The translations under genes were made by a program, and so were the position numbers. From assembly GCA_951406725.2 (NCBI GenBank), contig OX597818.1:106826001-106890000 (forward strand): a DNA stretch of 64,000 nt, read 5' to 3'. This DNA is from Octopus vulgaris (taxonomy: Eukaryota). Under the pieces are notes generated by a model. It saw only the letters and a program-made list of their open reading frames with translations. It was not told where the DNA came from and made no database searches. Below, in pieces: positions 14,470-26,935 of this stretch (position 1 is its first letter; every line of letters begins with the position of its first letter).

Positions 14470-14553
14470 ATGACTGGCTATATTTATATCGAAGTGATTT
14501 TACTACTACTATAATCATTTCTTAAATATAGCCATGAAACACGTGTTGTTATT
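14470..14553 (+). ncRNA. Truncated hammerhead-like motif (5' core lost to a TA tract)
   Basis: AUGA-C, then a 12-bp stem 14475-14486/14523-14534, then U-GAAAC-ACGU-GUU; palindromic stem III AACACGUGUU. Confidence 0.4.
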
Positions 14554-14943
14554 CTACCAATTATATACATTTTTCTTATTTTTTTGCAATTTACTTGATC
14601 ATTGATATTTTATTGTTATTTTAATTTTAATATTTCTATTATAAGTAATTTTCTAGATGGTGTAATTTAATTTTTTATTTTGAATCGATAAAAGGTGGGT
14701 TTTTTCTAATTTTATATATATATCTATATATATCACCTGGATTAGTCAGGTTGTCTGGTGCCAAGTTGGCTCTGCTGGACACAGCATTTGTTCTATTCTC
14801 CTTGTGTTCTTGCCATTTTCCTCCATCTTGTTCCGAACATCTTTCTTTATTCATCTTCTCCCCTGACTGGGGGAATGCCCTCAGACAGCATGTACTTGGG
14901 TTTTGCATGGGTGATCTTATATATATATATATATATATATATA

Positions 14944-15498
14944 CAGGGTCAGGCAAAATGATCTGACACATTTGTAGGTTAAATAAAAGACATTGTTTTT
15001 CGTTTCTTTTTCAGTTGCTACCATGAATTGGACTGGTGAGCATCGCGCTTTCATTGTGGAAACGTTTATCAAAACAAACGATTCTGTAACTGCAACACAA
15101 AGAGCGTTCCGTTTGCACTTCAATCTTGGTAGACATGATCCCGTACCAGCTCGAAACACGATCTTGTTATGGGTTACCAACTTCAGAGCTACTGGATCTG
15201 CATTGAAACGAAAATCAACCAGCCGACCTTGCACCGCCAGAACTTAAAGATGCAATTCGTCAAGAAATTTCTGCCATTCCACATGAAATGACCCGCCGAG
15301 TTATTGACAACTTTCGTGAACGCCTTCGACAGTGTGTGGACAATAAGGGATCCCATTTGACTGATTTAATTTTTAAAACATAATGAAACAAAATGGCATT
15401 ATATGTACTTTTTAAAAATAAAAACACTTTTTTGTTTCTTTACTTCATTTGCCTTTTATTTAACCTACAAATGTGTCAGATCATTTTGCCTGACCCTA
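14944..15498 (+). mobile_element. Internally deleted Tc1/mariner (rosa/DD41D-like, DUF4817-type N-terminus) DNA transposon
   Basis: ~45-bp TIRs CAGGGTCAGGCAAAATGATCTGACACATTTGTAGGTTAAATAAAA flanked by TA. ATG 15023 gives MNWTGEHRAFIVETFIKTNDSVTATQRAFRLHF, joined out of frame to C-terminal LKDAIRQEISAIPHEMTRRVIDNFRERLRQCVDNKGSHLTDLIFKT* (stop 15383). Catalytic domain deleted. Confidence 0.92.
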
Positions 15499-15501
15499 TA
15501 C

Positions 15502-15553
<52 letters not shown>

Positions 15554-15572
15554 AGATATACATATACATATG

Positions 15573-15768
15573 TGCGGGTGGCACGTAAAAAGCACCCACT
15601 ACACTCGCGGAGTGGTTGGCATTAGGAAGGGCATCCAGCCGTAGAAACACTGCCAGATCAGACTGGGCCTGATGCAGCCTTCTGGCTTCACAGACCCCAG
15701 TTGAACCGTCCAACCCATGCTAGCATGGAAAACGGACACTAAATGATGATGATGATGATGATGATGAT
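15573..15768 (+). mobile_element. RTE 3' tail with (GAT)n
   Basis: Same tail consensus as 3905-4237. Confidence 0.85.
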
Positions 15769-15787
15769 ACATACATATATCCAAGAC

Positions 15788-16058
15788 ATTATTTACATTA
15801 GTTACATTTGACGGATATTTGTCCTCATCTTGTTTGTTGTTAATACAACATCTCGGCTGATATACTCTCCAGCCTTCATTAGGTGTCTTGCAGAAATTTC
15901 GAACCTGGGTTCTCATTCCTAAATTTCCTCAAGACGCCTGATGAAGGCTGGAGGGTATATCAGCCGAAATGTTGTGTTAACAACAAATTAGATGAGGACA
16001 AATATCCGTCAAATGTAAATAATATAAATAATTCCTCATCTCTTAAATATAGAACTGT
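15788..16058. mobile_element. Fold-back (inverted pseudo-LTR) Penelope-like mini element
   Basis: Diverged inverted arms ~15788-15899 / 15921-16032, 21-nt spacer, short unpaired tail to ~16058; hammerhead motif near the apex. Confidence 0.75.
15933..15978 (+). ncRNA. Minimal type I hammerhead ribozyme motif (slightly decayed)
   Basis: Stem I GACGC/GUGUU; core CUGAUGA 15938-15944; extra A; stem II GGCUG/CAGCC; GAAA 15966-15969; UGUU. Confidence 0.65.
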
Positions 16059-16064
16059 ATAAAT

Positions 16065-16300
16065 CCAAGAGTTTGAGATTTTTATTCACATACCTGGAAA
16101 CCCTAGCTGCCTACCGTGAAATATAAAATAATTTTTTTCAACTTATACTTTGATAGGGAAAAAATTCACAACCTTCCACCCCAATAAACCACTGTTGTTC
16201 CTGAAAGTTGTTTTTTTTTATATTCTCTATGAACTTTTACAGTTTCTATGGATTGCTTGAAACCCACTTTCTTCCTATACTTTAATCCTTGGATCTTACA
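16065..16300 (+). mobile_element. Dispersed repeat, probably a CR1/L2-like LINE 3' end
   Basis: Reverse-complement match to 40265-40480 (CTGCCTACCGTGAAATATAAAATAA; CACAACCTTCCACCCCAATAAACCACT). Confidence 0.6.
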
Positions 16301-16902
16301 TATACACATATAAATACACACACACTCGCTCATATATAGATTTTGATGCTTACAATTTCATATATGTGTGTACATATATATATATATTTATACAAGCCTA
16401 TGAAAATATATTTAACTATATGAATATATTATGTATGTATATATATATATATGTGTGTGTGTGTACAGTATGTATACTTACCTATCTCATTATCTCTTTC
16501 TCTCAATATAAATATGTATCTACACACATATATAGATACATGCAGATACATATATGTACATGTGTATGTGTAAGTGTACATACATATGCACACACACATA
16601 CATGCACACACATGCATGCACACATGCACACATGCACACACACACACATTATGTTTGTGTTGTTATGATATGGTTGTCTGTTCATCTGCGTGTTTATCAA
16701 TTCAGTGTGGAAGTTGAATGGATTATAATTAAACTAACTCTGAAACAGAAAATATATTTAAATTATAGATTATGTATTCAAAAGTTGAAAAATTCAGTCT
16801 TGCACAGCAAAGATAGTAAATTTCATAGAATGTAAGGCATATTTACCATTCTTTCTGAATAGAAATTACAAAATATTCAACCATTTTAGAATTTGATAAT
16901 TA

Positions 16903-16939
<37 letters not shown>

Positions 16940-17719
16940 GAATGAAAGCTAATACAAAAAAAGTAAACCATCTGTTTTGTTCATTAAAAGGTAAAGTTAG
17001 TCGTGATAGTGCAACTATTATTTTTGTCTACAATCTCTGTTTCAGGATTAATCTTTCATTTTAAGTCTGTTGTTTTACAATAAAACAAGACATAGAAATG
17101 TAAAAATTAAAAATACAATGCAAAATATCGGTGATTTATATTTATATGTCCTTATCTTAAATAAGTTTTTTTTTGATTATTCATTGGGAAGCGAAAGGAG
17201 ATTTGAAGTGCATGACAGTTAAGTATTATGCTAAATATAATTATGGTTCCTATTGTTTTATTGTAGTTTTTGTATTTCTTTTCATAACTGGAATAAAGTA
17301 AAAATAGAAATAAAAATAAATAAATTCTACAAAATGAGAAATCTGTGGCATTCAAAGTTCAGTGGGTGACTAGTTTTTGTAAATTGAAAAGTAGGAAATT
17401 TATATTTTCTACAAAGTATAAAATATGGAAATTTGAACTTGGTATCAGAGTGTTGATTCAGTTTGGAAATTGTTATTTCAATAACTCCACTTTGGAATCA
17501 ATCCACAAAAATATGAATTGCATTCATTAATTGGGAAAGAATATTTTTAGAATTAATAAAAATATTATTGTGTTTTTGCAAAGCAAGTTTGTAATATGTC
17601 AAAGACACTAGAATACTTTAGTATTGGAATGGCTTTGAACAATTTGTTGTATTACTCACTAACAAAACTCCTGTGCTTGATGCTCTGCTGTGGTCAGTCT
17701 AGGATTTTTTTTTCACCAA

Positions 17720-17909
17720 TACCACCTGACTGGCCCTTGTGTCGGTGGCACATAAAAGCACCCACTACATTTTCAGAGTGGTTGGTTTTAGCAAGGGCAT
17801 CCAGCTGTAGAAACTCTGCCAGATCAGATTAGAGCCTGGTGCTGCCATCTGGCTCGGCAGTCCTCAGTCAAATCGTCCAACCCATGCTAGCATGGAAGGC
17901 GGACGTTAA

Positions 17910-17942
<33 letters not shown>
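17720..17942 (+). mobile_element. RTE 3' tail with (GAT)n
   Basis: Same tail consensus. Confidence 0.85.
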
Positions 17943-18214
17943 TTTCTTTAACCTATGTCTACACAGTAAAATGAGTTTTTTGGTTACTATGTAATAATAT
18001 TTATTTAAATAAATCCCTTATTCTACTTTGCTAGATTATATGATGATGTAGCCATATGATGGTGATGATGATTGTGGTGGTGGTGCTACTGGTGAGGAGG
18101 AGGATGAGGAAAAGGAAGAAGAGGTGAATAGTGATGATATCTGCTTCCCCATACTTGCAAAACATCTGATGATCAATAAGATATGAAAGATGACAATGAT
18201 TAACAAGAAAGAAA

Positions 18215-19560
18215 GGAACATCGTGGCATTCCAAAGACACGTCTTATAGAATCAGGAACACTAAATGAGAGAGAGAGAGAGAGACTATAGCTTTTCTTGG
18301 CCACAGAAAAAGGTTTAGTTGAGAGCAGGGAGCATAGTGAGGATTTTGCTGCCAGAAATGCATGGCTGAAGACAGTGGTGCAGTCCAACGAGAGAGGAAA
18401 GGAATGGATTCTCTCGACTTTGACTTAACTTATGTCTGATGGACTTGTCAACCTTGGTGTGTGATTGGCAGAATAACTAACAACGAGCACGGATCATTTA
18501 AGCTTGCACATTCTATGGGCTGTTTGTCACAAACATTTACATCCAGAATAAAACCCAGCACAAAGATTCTCAGAAGCATTCTTCGTTCTAAGTCCTGGCA
18601 CCAACTTGGCCTGACGCTCTCAAGACTGAAGAAATGTACTTGGGATTAGATTCTCTCATGATACTGACTATGGCAGGGATCACACTCTTGTTTGATGCAG
18701 AATAAAATGCTAACCAAAGAAAATACTCATTATGGCACTCATTGATGCCAAAATGACAATCAGGCAAAATAGCAAGGATAATTGAGCTACCAGAGAATGC
18801 TCTGCCTGCAGACTCCACTGAAAGAGATGCACAGATGAGATGGCATTCTCTCAGAGACACTACACATAACCATAGCAGAAGCCTTGAAGACACGGAATTG
18901 GTATGGAGCAATCTTGAATAAGATTGTCATTACTGTCATTAGGGCAGGGCATGTTGCACTACTTGAACATCAAGACTACTGCACCCAGGTACCCTCATAT
19001 ATTTCTTTATTGCCCACAGAGGGCTAAACACAGAGGGGACAAACAAGGACAGACAAACAGATTAAGTCGGTTACATCGACCCCAGTATGTAACTGGTACT
19101 TAACTTATTAACCCCAAAAGGATGAAAGGCAAAGTCGACCTCGGCAGAATTTGAACACAGAACGTAATAGCAGCCGAAATACCGCTAAGCACTTCGCCCG
19201 ACATGCTAACGATTCTGCCAGCTTGCCACCTCCAGGTACCCTTATAAGCACTAAAATCAGCAAGGAGGTTCAGAAAACAGCCAGATGCTATTCTAATGAC
19301 TGATTTTTACAGTTTTGCGAAAATATTCAATTAACAATGAGATCTTGTCTTACACCTAAATAGCTCACCTCTTCACCCTACTTCAATAATGATGTCCTTA
19401 CTAGCGGGCTATGAACATCATGCATTAGATGGATGGACTCAAAAGACCTACTATATGGGGAACTGACCTCTATCTAGAGAACACAGGGTTGATCCCATCT
19501 TAATCTCAAAGACATTTGCATGAGAGGTATGAAATTTATTAATTGGATCTGGAATTAGCC
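18215..19560 (+). mobile_element. Old RTE/BovB-like LINE fragments split by a SINE
   Basis: RSKSWHQLGLTLSR (endonuclease-end-like) and later LDGWTQKTYYMG / DLLYGEL-like C-terminal motifs; many stops. Confidence 0.55.
19000..19231 (-). mobile_element. tRNA-derived SINE with Meta-domain-like centre; 15-bp TSD
   Basis: Minus strand GGTGGCAAGCTGGCAGAATCGTTAGCA ... GTTCAAATTC ... GACTTTGCCTTTCATCCTTTTGGGG; TSD CCAGGTACCCT(C/T)ATA at 18985-18999 and 19232-19246. Confidence 0.88.
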
Positions 19561-20015
19561 AAGGGCATCAAAGACTGTCTCTTTTGTGTGGGTCTCTAGT
19601 CACAACAAACACTGCTCTACAACAAGACTGAAGCAAGACTTTCCATGCACAGGGACATATCCTAGCAATACTGAGAGATGTCTCCAATAAAGTCTGAAAC
19701 TGACCGGTTTCATACTCATGTTTTGCTGTGGACAACTTTGAAAATGTTTACGGTAAAACTATGGTCAGTTGTATACCATATGCGCTTAAATCCATCGTTT
19801 TTAATAAGGGAATAATTTTAATTAATTAGAAAAAACAAACGGATGTAAAGCATATCCCCATCTTATTTCTATACAACAGGGCTTTATGCTATATTCATAT
19901 AAAATATCCATTTCAAAATTTTAGAATGAATTTAGGCACCTAATAATGAAGTACTCAAATTCTTTTATAAAGATAGTGGCAGTTAATCGCACAAGATGCA
20001 ATATGTACTTAGAAA

Positions 20016-20114
<99 letters not shown>

Positions 20115-20205
20115 ACTATTACTACTACTACTACTACTGCTACTGCTGCTGCTGCCACCACCACCACCTACAACAGCAGCAACAACAACAACAACAACCA
20201 CCTCC
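20016..20205. repeat. Compound (TAC)n/(TGC)n/(CAC)n/(CAA)n trinucleotide repeat
   Basis: Directly visible. Confidence 0.95.
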
Positions 20206-22457
20206 TCTTTTTTTCTATTATAACTCCATTCACATTTATGATGCTTCATAAATCTATTAAATTGACTTCAGAGTCTAATCTTTTATTGAGATTTTTTATC
20301 ACACAACAGGTGAACAAAACTAAATCTACCTGATGGTTTCCAACAGGTTCATTACTAGCTCACTGTATTTCCTGAGGATGAGTTTGACAAAGGAGTGTCT
20401 TAGTCAATGCATAACAATTATATCAAGGAACTTGCTTTCTTGACCACTTACTGGACTTCTATCCAGGTAGGCTGGTTCACATGGCTCAATCAAAGACTGA
20501 CAATAGGTCAGATTTCCATATAAAATCGAGTTGGCCACTTCTTCACCTCCTTGAACTGTTGCATTAGGCTTTTTAGCTCCTCCTGGGTTGAAGGAGGCCA
20601 CTAGTTCCATTGTTCATGATGCAAGGAAAGTTTCACTGCTTTCTGTGCTCTATCCTAAATTTCTGAGCTGCTTGGCTCTCATATATGGCAACCATTGTCT
20701 AAAAGTGGTTTTGGAGACTGTGGAGGTAACTCAGGACCTGGTTCCTTCTTCATCTAACCATTGTTGGTCTCTTAGCACTGTGACATTAGAAAGTATATGA
20801 AACATGTGGTGTTTCAGAGGAGGTTCTAACGTCTTGAGTTATAGCAAAGAGGAGAAAAATAATTAGGTAAAGGAAAGAAGCATAGTAATGACAAGGAATT
20901 TATGAAATCCTTTTTAAAGTGAGGGCTTAGTATAAAAAGGTAGTTGGAGAGAAGGATAGCTGAACTTGAAGTAGAGACACAAATTGGGTAATACAGTGAG
21001 TTAGGAGAGTAAAATGGGAAGAGAGAGATAGTAAAAAGGGGAGAGAATAAGTATGGAGAGAAAGAAGAAGGGGAGAAAGGAGAGGAAAATAACAAGAGGG
21101 GGAGAGAAAGTGAAAGATGAGTGGTGGGAGCTCAAAATGATGCTGCATATTGGTGTTTGCGTATAGTGGAGTGAAGTGAAATATAGAATGTTGTTGTATT
21201 AATGTAGGAGTTAAACAAGTCGAGGAAGAGCAAGTTTGTGTATGCATGTGTGCAACACTCATTCATGCAATAAAATGCATTCAGCTAATAATGTAAATAC
21301 ACACACGATTAAAAAGAAAATGACTGACTTATATATTGCTTAAGATTGAGTGAAGATGGAAGATTATCACAGAGAAATTGACACTAGATTAATGAAGTCG
21401 TCTTATTTATTTCAAGAAAACAGGAAATGTGTAAGAAATTTGTTTTTAAAGTAGGAGAGTGATAAGAGGAAGGCATTTTTCTCTGCCCATAGGGAAAGAA
21501 GCTTAAGACTGAAAACAGCTTAAGTATTTGGATTTTCTTAAGAAAAAAAAACCTAAAAATACTTTCAAATAATATGGAAATGAAATAAGGAAAATAGGGG
21601 TTTTGTAGAAGGAATGAGATCAAGAAGAGAGAAAACAAACTGAGAAAAAAGAAAAAGAAAACAATGGGAAATTGTCGAATGATTAACTTACCCAATGTCT
21701 TTTGACGGCTACTGAGACATCAAAGTCTTTAGTTTTTGAAGGTAAAATGTGTACTATTCAAACTTTGCTTTTGAAAATCAAAAATGTCAAAACAGAAATG
21801 AAAGAAGAGAAGAAATAAGAATATAATGAACCTACTCAAGATATGATATCTTTGGAGGCAAATAAGAGAAAAAGAAACAAGCTAAAGATTGTTTTGATTA
21901 ATATAACATTATATACAATCCTGGGCCTAAAGCTAGAAATCAAAGCAAAGCATGTTGTTGACTGAGCCAGAAAATGTTTTGCCATAAGCTGAAACCAGCT
22001 AATTTCTGTTGAAGAGCAATAAAACAAATTCGACATTGGATGTTTAAGTGTTTTCTTAATTTATCCTCTAAATTTGTCTAACTTTTTAAATAGAAAACAT
22101 ATACATACTTTCTGTCACTTTCTGTATTTCAGTTTTCCTTTTTCTTCACTCTCATCCTGCATTCTTTCGGTTAATTCAATGTGGAAGCTTCCCTCACAGA
22201 ACTTTATTGCCACCAATTAATGGTTGTTCAGATTTACCCAGGAGTGATTAATCAATGCACCTGGAGCGATTATTTCTGATTGGAATTTTACAAAAGTGCA
22301 ATTTTTGAAACCAATGAAAGCGGTATTTCATTAAGAATTGAGAAAAAGAAAAAAAGAAAAATGTAAATCATCAAAAATCTGCTGAAGGAAAAAATATTCC
22401 GAGTTTGTTTGTTTTTACTGAGTCAAAAGAATTGAATCCAACCAAAAAAAAAAAAAT

Positions 22458-22652
22458 ACAGGCAAAAGTGTGGCTGTGTGATAAGAAGCTTGCTTGCCAA
22501 CCACATGTTTCTGGGTTCAGTACCACTGCATGGCACCTTGGGCAAGTCCCACTACCCTATATTCTGTCCCACTGCATGGCACCTTGGGCAAGGCTCTCTG
22601 CTCTCTGTTCAGCCCCACTACATGGCACCTTAGGCAAGTGTCTTCTACTACA
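22458..22652 (+). mobile_element. CORE-like SINE 5' half with the core block present three times
   Basis: GTGGCTGTGTGATAAG head; CCACT(G/A)CATGGCACCTT(G/A)GGCAAG occurs three times. Confidence 0.75.
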
Positions 22653-23734
22653 GTTATAACTGGTGGTCATATATCAAAACCACATGAATATAGATGAAGT
22701 CAGTCAACAAAGATATAGAACAGAGATGGTTGTGCCAACATTCAATAAATGGAGGTTTACTCCTCTCCCTAAAATCATCTTGTCTCTATCTTTTATAGAC
22801 ATAAGGTCTATTATGTCCCTCTGTAAGATTACAAGATATAGTACAAAGAAGATTTAGTGACTAATTCTAGCATGTTGAGCAACCAGAAAGGTGTTTCTTG
22901 TTGGTTTGTGGTCAGTTGGTAGTATATTCCTGTTCCTATAGAAGTGGTGATATTCTGGCTGTATTCGTGTTCATAAATATAGAATATATCCATGTCTCTA
23001 ACAATGTATTAATGGGTCTGTATTAAGATAGATCAAGTACTGTAGCCATATCTATGGGCCCATAGAGCATTCAATGTTAGCTGTATGGGCGACTAAGTGC
23101 TGTATTCTTGTATTTCTAGAGAAAGTCAATGGTTGAGTGTTGTATCCATTAGTTTATAAAGTTAGTGAAGTGTTAGTGTATTCATGTAACTACACCGGGA
23201 TTAAAGATCAAATGCAAGTTATGTAATTATACAGGGATTAAGGAAGCAATACAATTGCAAGGGGATTATGAAGCTAGACCGAAAAGAAAAGAGAGAATGA
23301 GTTGGCCACAAGTATAAAAATACTGCCAGTTCAATTAATTGTTGAGCACATATCAGACTTGTTAACAATTCACACACAGATTACCATTAATTTGCCTTTA
23401 AAATGATAATTTGCTTAATATTACTCTCTTCTCTTATCTTTCTCTATCGTCTTTATTTGATGTTAAAAAAAACTTTGGTTTTTTTATACATGATCCAAAC
23501 ATCTTTGCAATCTGATAAGAGAACCAAGATCTCCTGCGTGAATCTAATGCTTTGTGTATCGAGGGACCATCTCTATAAAAACAGACAAGAAACTCTTTTC
23601 TAAACTATTCTTAGATATTTCCCTTGCACGTGATTTGTAAACAACGGATTGATAGTCAAACCATTCTTCTATAATACTTACATGCAAACCAATCTTCTTA
23701 TAACCAAAGACTTTATCTTTTACCTTTCACTTGT

Positions 23735-23940
23735 TAGAGTGCGACCATGCTGGAGTACTGTCTTGAAGAATTTTTAGTTGAATGAATGAATACCAGGACT
23801 TGCGTTTTTTAAAGCCTGATACTTATTATGTTGGTCTCTTTTGTCAAACTGTTAAGTTATGGGGTTGTAAAGAAACCAGCACCAATTGTCAAGTGGTGGT
23901 GGTGGGGGGGGGGGCACAGACACAGACACACACATGCATA
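23735..23940 (-). mobile_element. CORE-like SINE 3' half
   Basis: CCATGCTGGAGTACTG ... GGTCTCTTTTGTCAAACTGTTAAGTTATGGGG. Confidence 0.7.
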
Positions 23941-23991
23941 CACATACACTCTCTCACACACGCACATTCAAATATTCATTATTGTTCTCAC

Positions 23992-24086
23992 ACAAGAATG
24001 TTGTTGACAGTGACTTTGGAGTTTTGGCCAGCGAAGCTATCGTTGGCTGGCCAAAACTTCGAAGTCACTCTCATCAACATTCTTGT
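23992..24086. repeat. 95-nt near-perfect inverted repeat (mini-MITE or hairpin RNA)
   Basis: 41-bp arms with 4 DNA mismatches (2 are G-U compatible on + RNA), 13-nt loop. Confidence 0.85.
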
Positions 24087-24224
24087 ACAAGAATAATAAA
24101 TTTGTATGCTGCAAAAGTATAGAATATTATTGTAAAACTGTTTTCATAACTGAACACAAAAAGAAACATTAATATAGGATTCCAAGAAGCTTCAGATGAG
24201 GAACATGAAGGATTCCAAGAAGCA

Positions 24225-24980
24225 AGCCAGTTTGGAAAAGGAGGATCTGGAGGCTTAAGGATCTTCTGAATAGTCAAAGGCTTAGAGAAGTCCTTATTGA
24301 AGCATTTAAGGAGGAGGAAGAGTTACAGACATGTAACATGGAGGATAACTGGGAGTTTCTAGGAGACAACTCACAGAGAGTCACAGACCAAATTTGTGGC
24401 TGCTACAAAGTTCCAACCAGACCCAGGGAGATATGGTGGTGGAACAGTGTAGCTGACAGGGCCATTAGAGCAAAGAAGCAGGCCTGGAAGGACTGGAAAG
24501 GTGGTGGTAACAGAACTATATCAGGTAGCTAGAAGGGAAGCTAGGTGGCAGGTATACATAGCCAGGGGTGAAGCAGAAAGGAAGAAGTTTACCAATGTTT
24601 TGCAGTGGGAGGACCAAATAATGAGGAGACAAAGTATGATATTTGGATGTTGGATCCAATAGAGATGATAACAAATGATCAAGGCCTTTGGGGATTTGTT
24701 TGAGACGACCCGTGAAGCCAAGTGAAACCATAGTCATAACCAGTACCAGTGGCATGCAAAAGGCACATGTGCCTCTGACAGGTTAGAGGCATCCATGCTG
24801 GTGACATGTGAAAGGCACCCATGCTTGTAACACGTAAAAGGTACCCCCTACACTCTTTGAGTGGTTGGCATTAGGAAGGGCATCTAGCCGTGTACACTAT
24901 ACCAAATCAGATTGGAACCTGGTACAGCTCTCAACCCATGCTAGCATGGAAAACAGATGCTAAATGATGATGATGATGAT
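24225..24980 (+). mobile_element. RTE LINE fragments plus 3' tail
   Basis: EDNWEFLGDN..PTRPREIWWWNSVADRAIRAKKQAWKDWKGGG; (GAT)n tail near 24970. Confidence 0.88.
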
Positions 24981-24984
24981 ATAT

Positions 24985-25142
24985 ATACATATGATGGGTT
25001 TCTTTCAGTTTCCATCTATCAGATTCACTCACAATGCCTGAGGCTATAGTAGAAAACACTTGTCCAAGGTACCTCACTGTGGAACTGAACCTGGAACTAT
25101 GTGGTTGGGAAGCAAGCTTCTTACCACACAGCTATGCCTGTG
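24985..25142 (-). mobile_element. CORE-like SINE 5' half
   Basis: Reverse complement of the SINE head seen at 11950-12117. Confidence 0.75.
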
Positions 25143-25240
25143 GTAATATGGCAGTATAGTAGAGACTGAAAGTATACAGCACAGTGGTGTGACACGAAGT
25201 GTAAAGGTTGTGTGAACCCCAGAGGACAGTGTGTTTGGGT

Positions 25241-26112
25241 GAAGTTAATGAGGCAAATATTCAATTTAAATCCTTAGAAATTTGAGATCAAGTTCCAGAA
25301 AGAAGGTATGAAGAAATATATATTTATTGTTAAAAGTATTCTATGTTTAAGGAAAGGCCCAGCCAATTTGGCTACCCAACAGGCTGACCAAACCGATATT
25401 AGGCCACCAAAATAACCAGTGTCTAAACTGACATAAAATTAAATACAGCGTTGGCAATCCTATGGATATTGGTACCATGTAAAAAGCCCCTGTGCTGGTG
25501 CCATGTAAGAGGCTGGCATCACATAAAAAAAAAAACCTTGTACACTCTGTAAAGATGATGGCATTAGGAAGGGCATCCATCTGTAGAAACCATGTCAAAA
25601 CAGACAATTGAGGCCTTGTGCTGCCCTCTGGGTTGCCAGCTCCTGTCAAACTATCCAACCCATGCCAGCATGGAAAATGGATATTAAATGATGTTGATGA
25701 TGATGATGAGGAGGAGGAAGGGGATGACTCCATTACATATTTGGTATATTAACCTGGAAATTATTTATATTACTAATTGAATATTTAATTAATTATTTGG
25801 TTTTGGAGGAAGAGGTTTTGTCTTCACAACCCTTCCAAAGCCTTCTGGGACTCTTCAGATCAATGCATTTGATAGTCTTCTTTCGATTGGTTACTTACAA
25901 TGAATTACAGATCTGCTGGAGCAGGCAGAGAACTGAGATTTCTATTTTATTTATTTCTGAAGGAAGGTCAATGCTTAGAGGGTTTCCAGGTGTTTTTAGA
26001 GTGGAAGTATAGATAACTGGATGAAGTTAATGAGGCAAATATTCATTTTAAATTCTTAGAAGTTTGAGAAGAAGTTCCAGATAAAAGGTATGAAGAAATA
26101 TACATTTGTTGT
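25241..26112 (+). repeat. ~90-bp diverged direct repeat pair (25241-25330 and 26023-26112)
   Basis: Both read GAAGTTAATGAGGCAAATATTCA..TTAAAT.CTTAGAA.TTTGAGA..AAGTTCCAGA...AGGTATGAAGAAATATA; offset 782 bp. Confidence 0.9.
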
Positions 26113-26629
26113 CTGTTGTTTAGCTGTTGGTCTGCTTGTAAAAGTTTGTGGTCAAAATCTGTCTTAGCTGTGACCATCTGGTTGTTTTGTATTTTAGACA
26201 GTGCATTCAAAACTACATTATCATTTAAGTTCCTGTTAATAAGCTGTATTTAATTTGTTGGAGATACGACAGCTATTACTAGCAGAGTGAGTGACTGTGA
26301 TATGGTTCCCTAATTACTTTGAGGGAAATACTTACAATGGAATGTAGATTAATAGACATAATAACTGTTTCACCATGAGCAATCTCATCACACAATTATT
26401 TAATATTTAATCTTTATTCTCTTCTTTGTTAAATTAGATTAAGGTGCAATTGTTATTGTCATAACTAATAGCTTTTCTCATCAAAATGATTGCATTTACA
26501 ATGAAGCTGTGAGTCCCAAAGAAGTAAAATGCATAACAAATTCAAAACCCTGGCTACTTTAACCTTTTAGAGACTGGCAATTTATTTCAATCAATGGTTG
26601 GATTCTGGTCAAGCAGCCAACAACTGTAT

Positions 26630-26935
26630 CACCACCATCATCATCATCATCATCATTGCTTAATGTCCTCCTTCCATGCTGGCATGAGTTGGATGGTTTG
26701 ACAGGAGCTGGCCAGGCTGGAGGGCTGCACCAAGGTTGTTATGGCTGGATGCTGCCCTTCCTAACACCAACCACTCTGCAGAGTGGGCTGAGTGCTTCTT
26801 ACATGGTACAAGTACAGGTAAGGTTAGTTTGGCATAGCTTTTACAGCTGGATGCCCTTCCAAATGCCAACCATTTTACGGTGTGGACTGGATGCTCTTTA
26901 TATGGCACCATCACTGGCAGGAGTCACCAAGTAAC
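26630..26935 (-). mobile_element. RTE 3' tail variant
   Basis: (CAT)n followed by the reverse complement of the tail; GGATGCCCTTCC block duplicated. Confidence 0.75.

Noticed and set aside
19946-20251. PolyY/polyS/polyL/polyQ ORFs
   Set aside because: Compound trinucleotide microsatellite
20280-20830. GC-richer coding-like stretch
   Set aside because: Stops in all long frames and no motif I could assign; probably an old TE remnant
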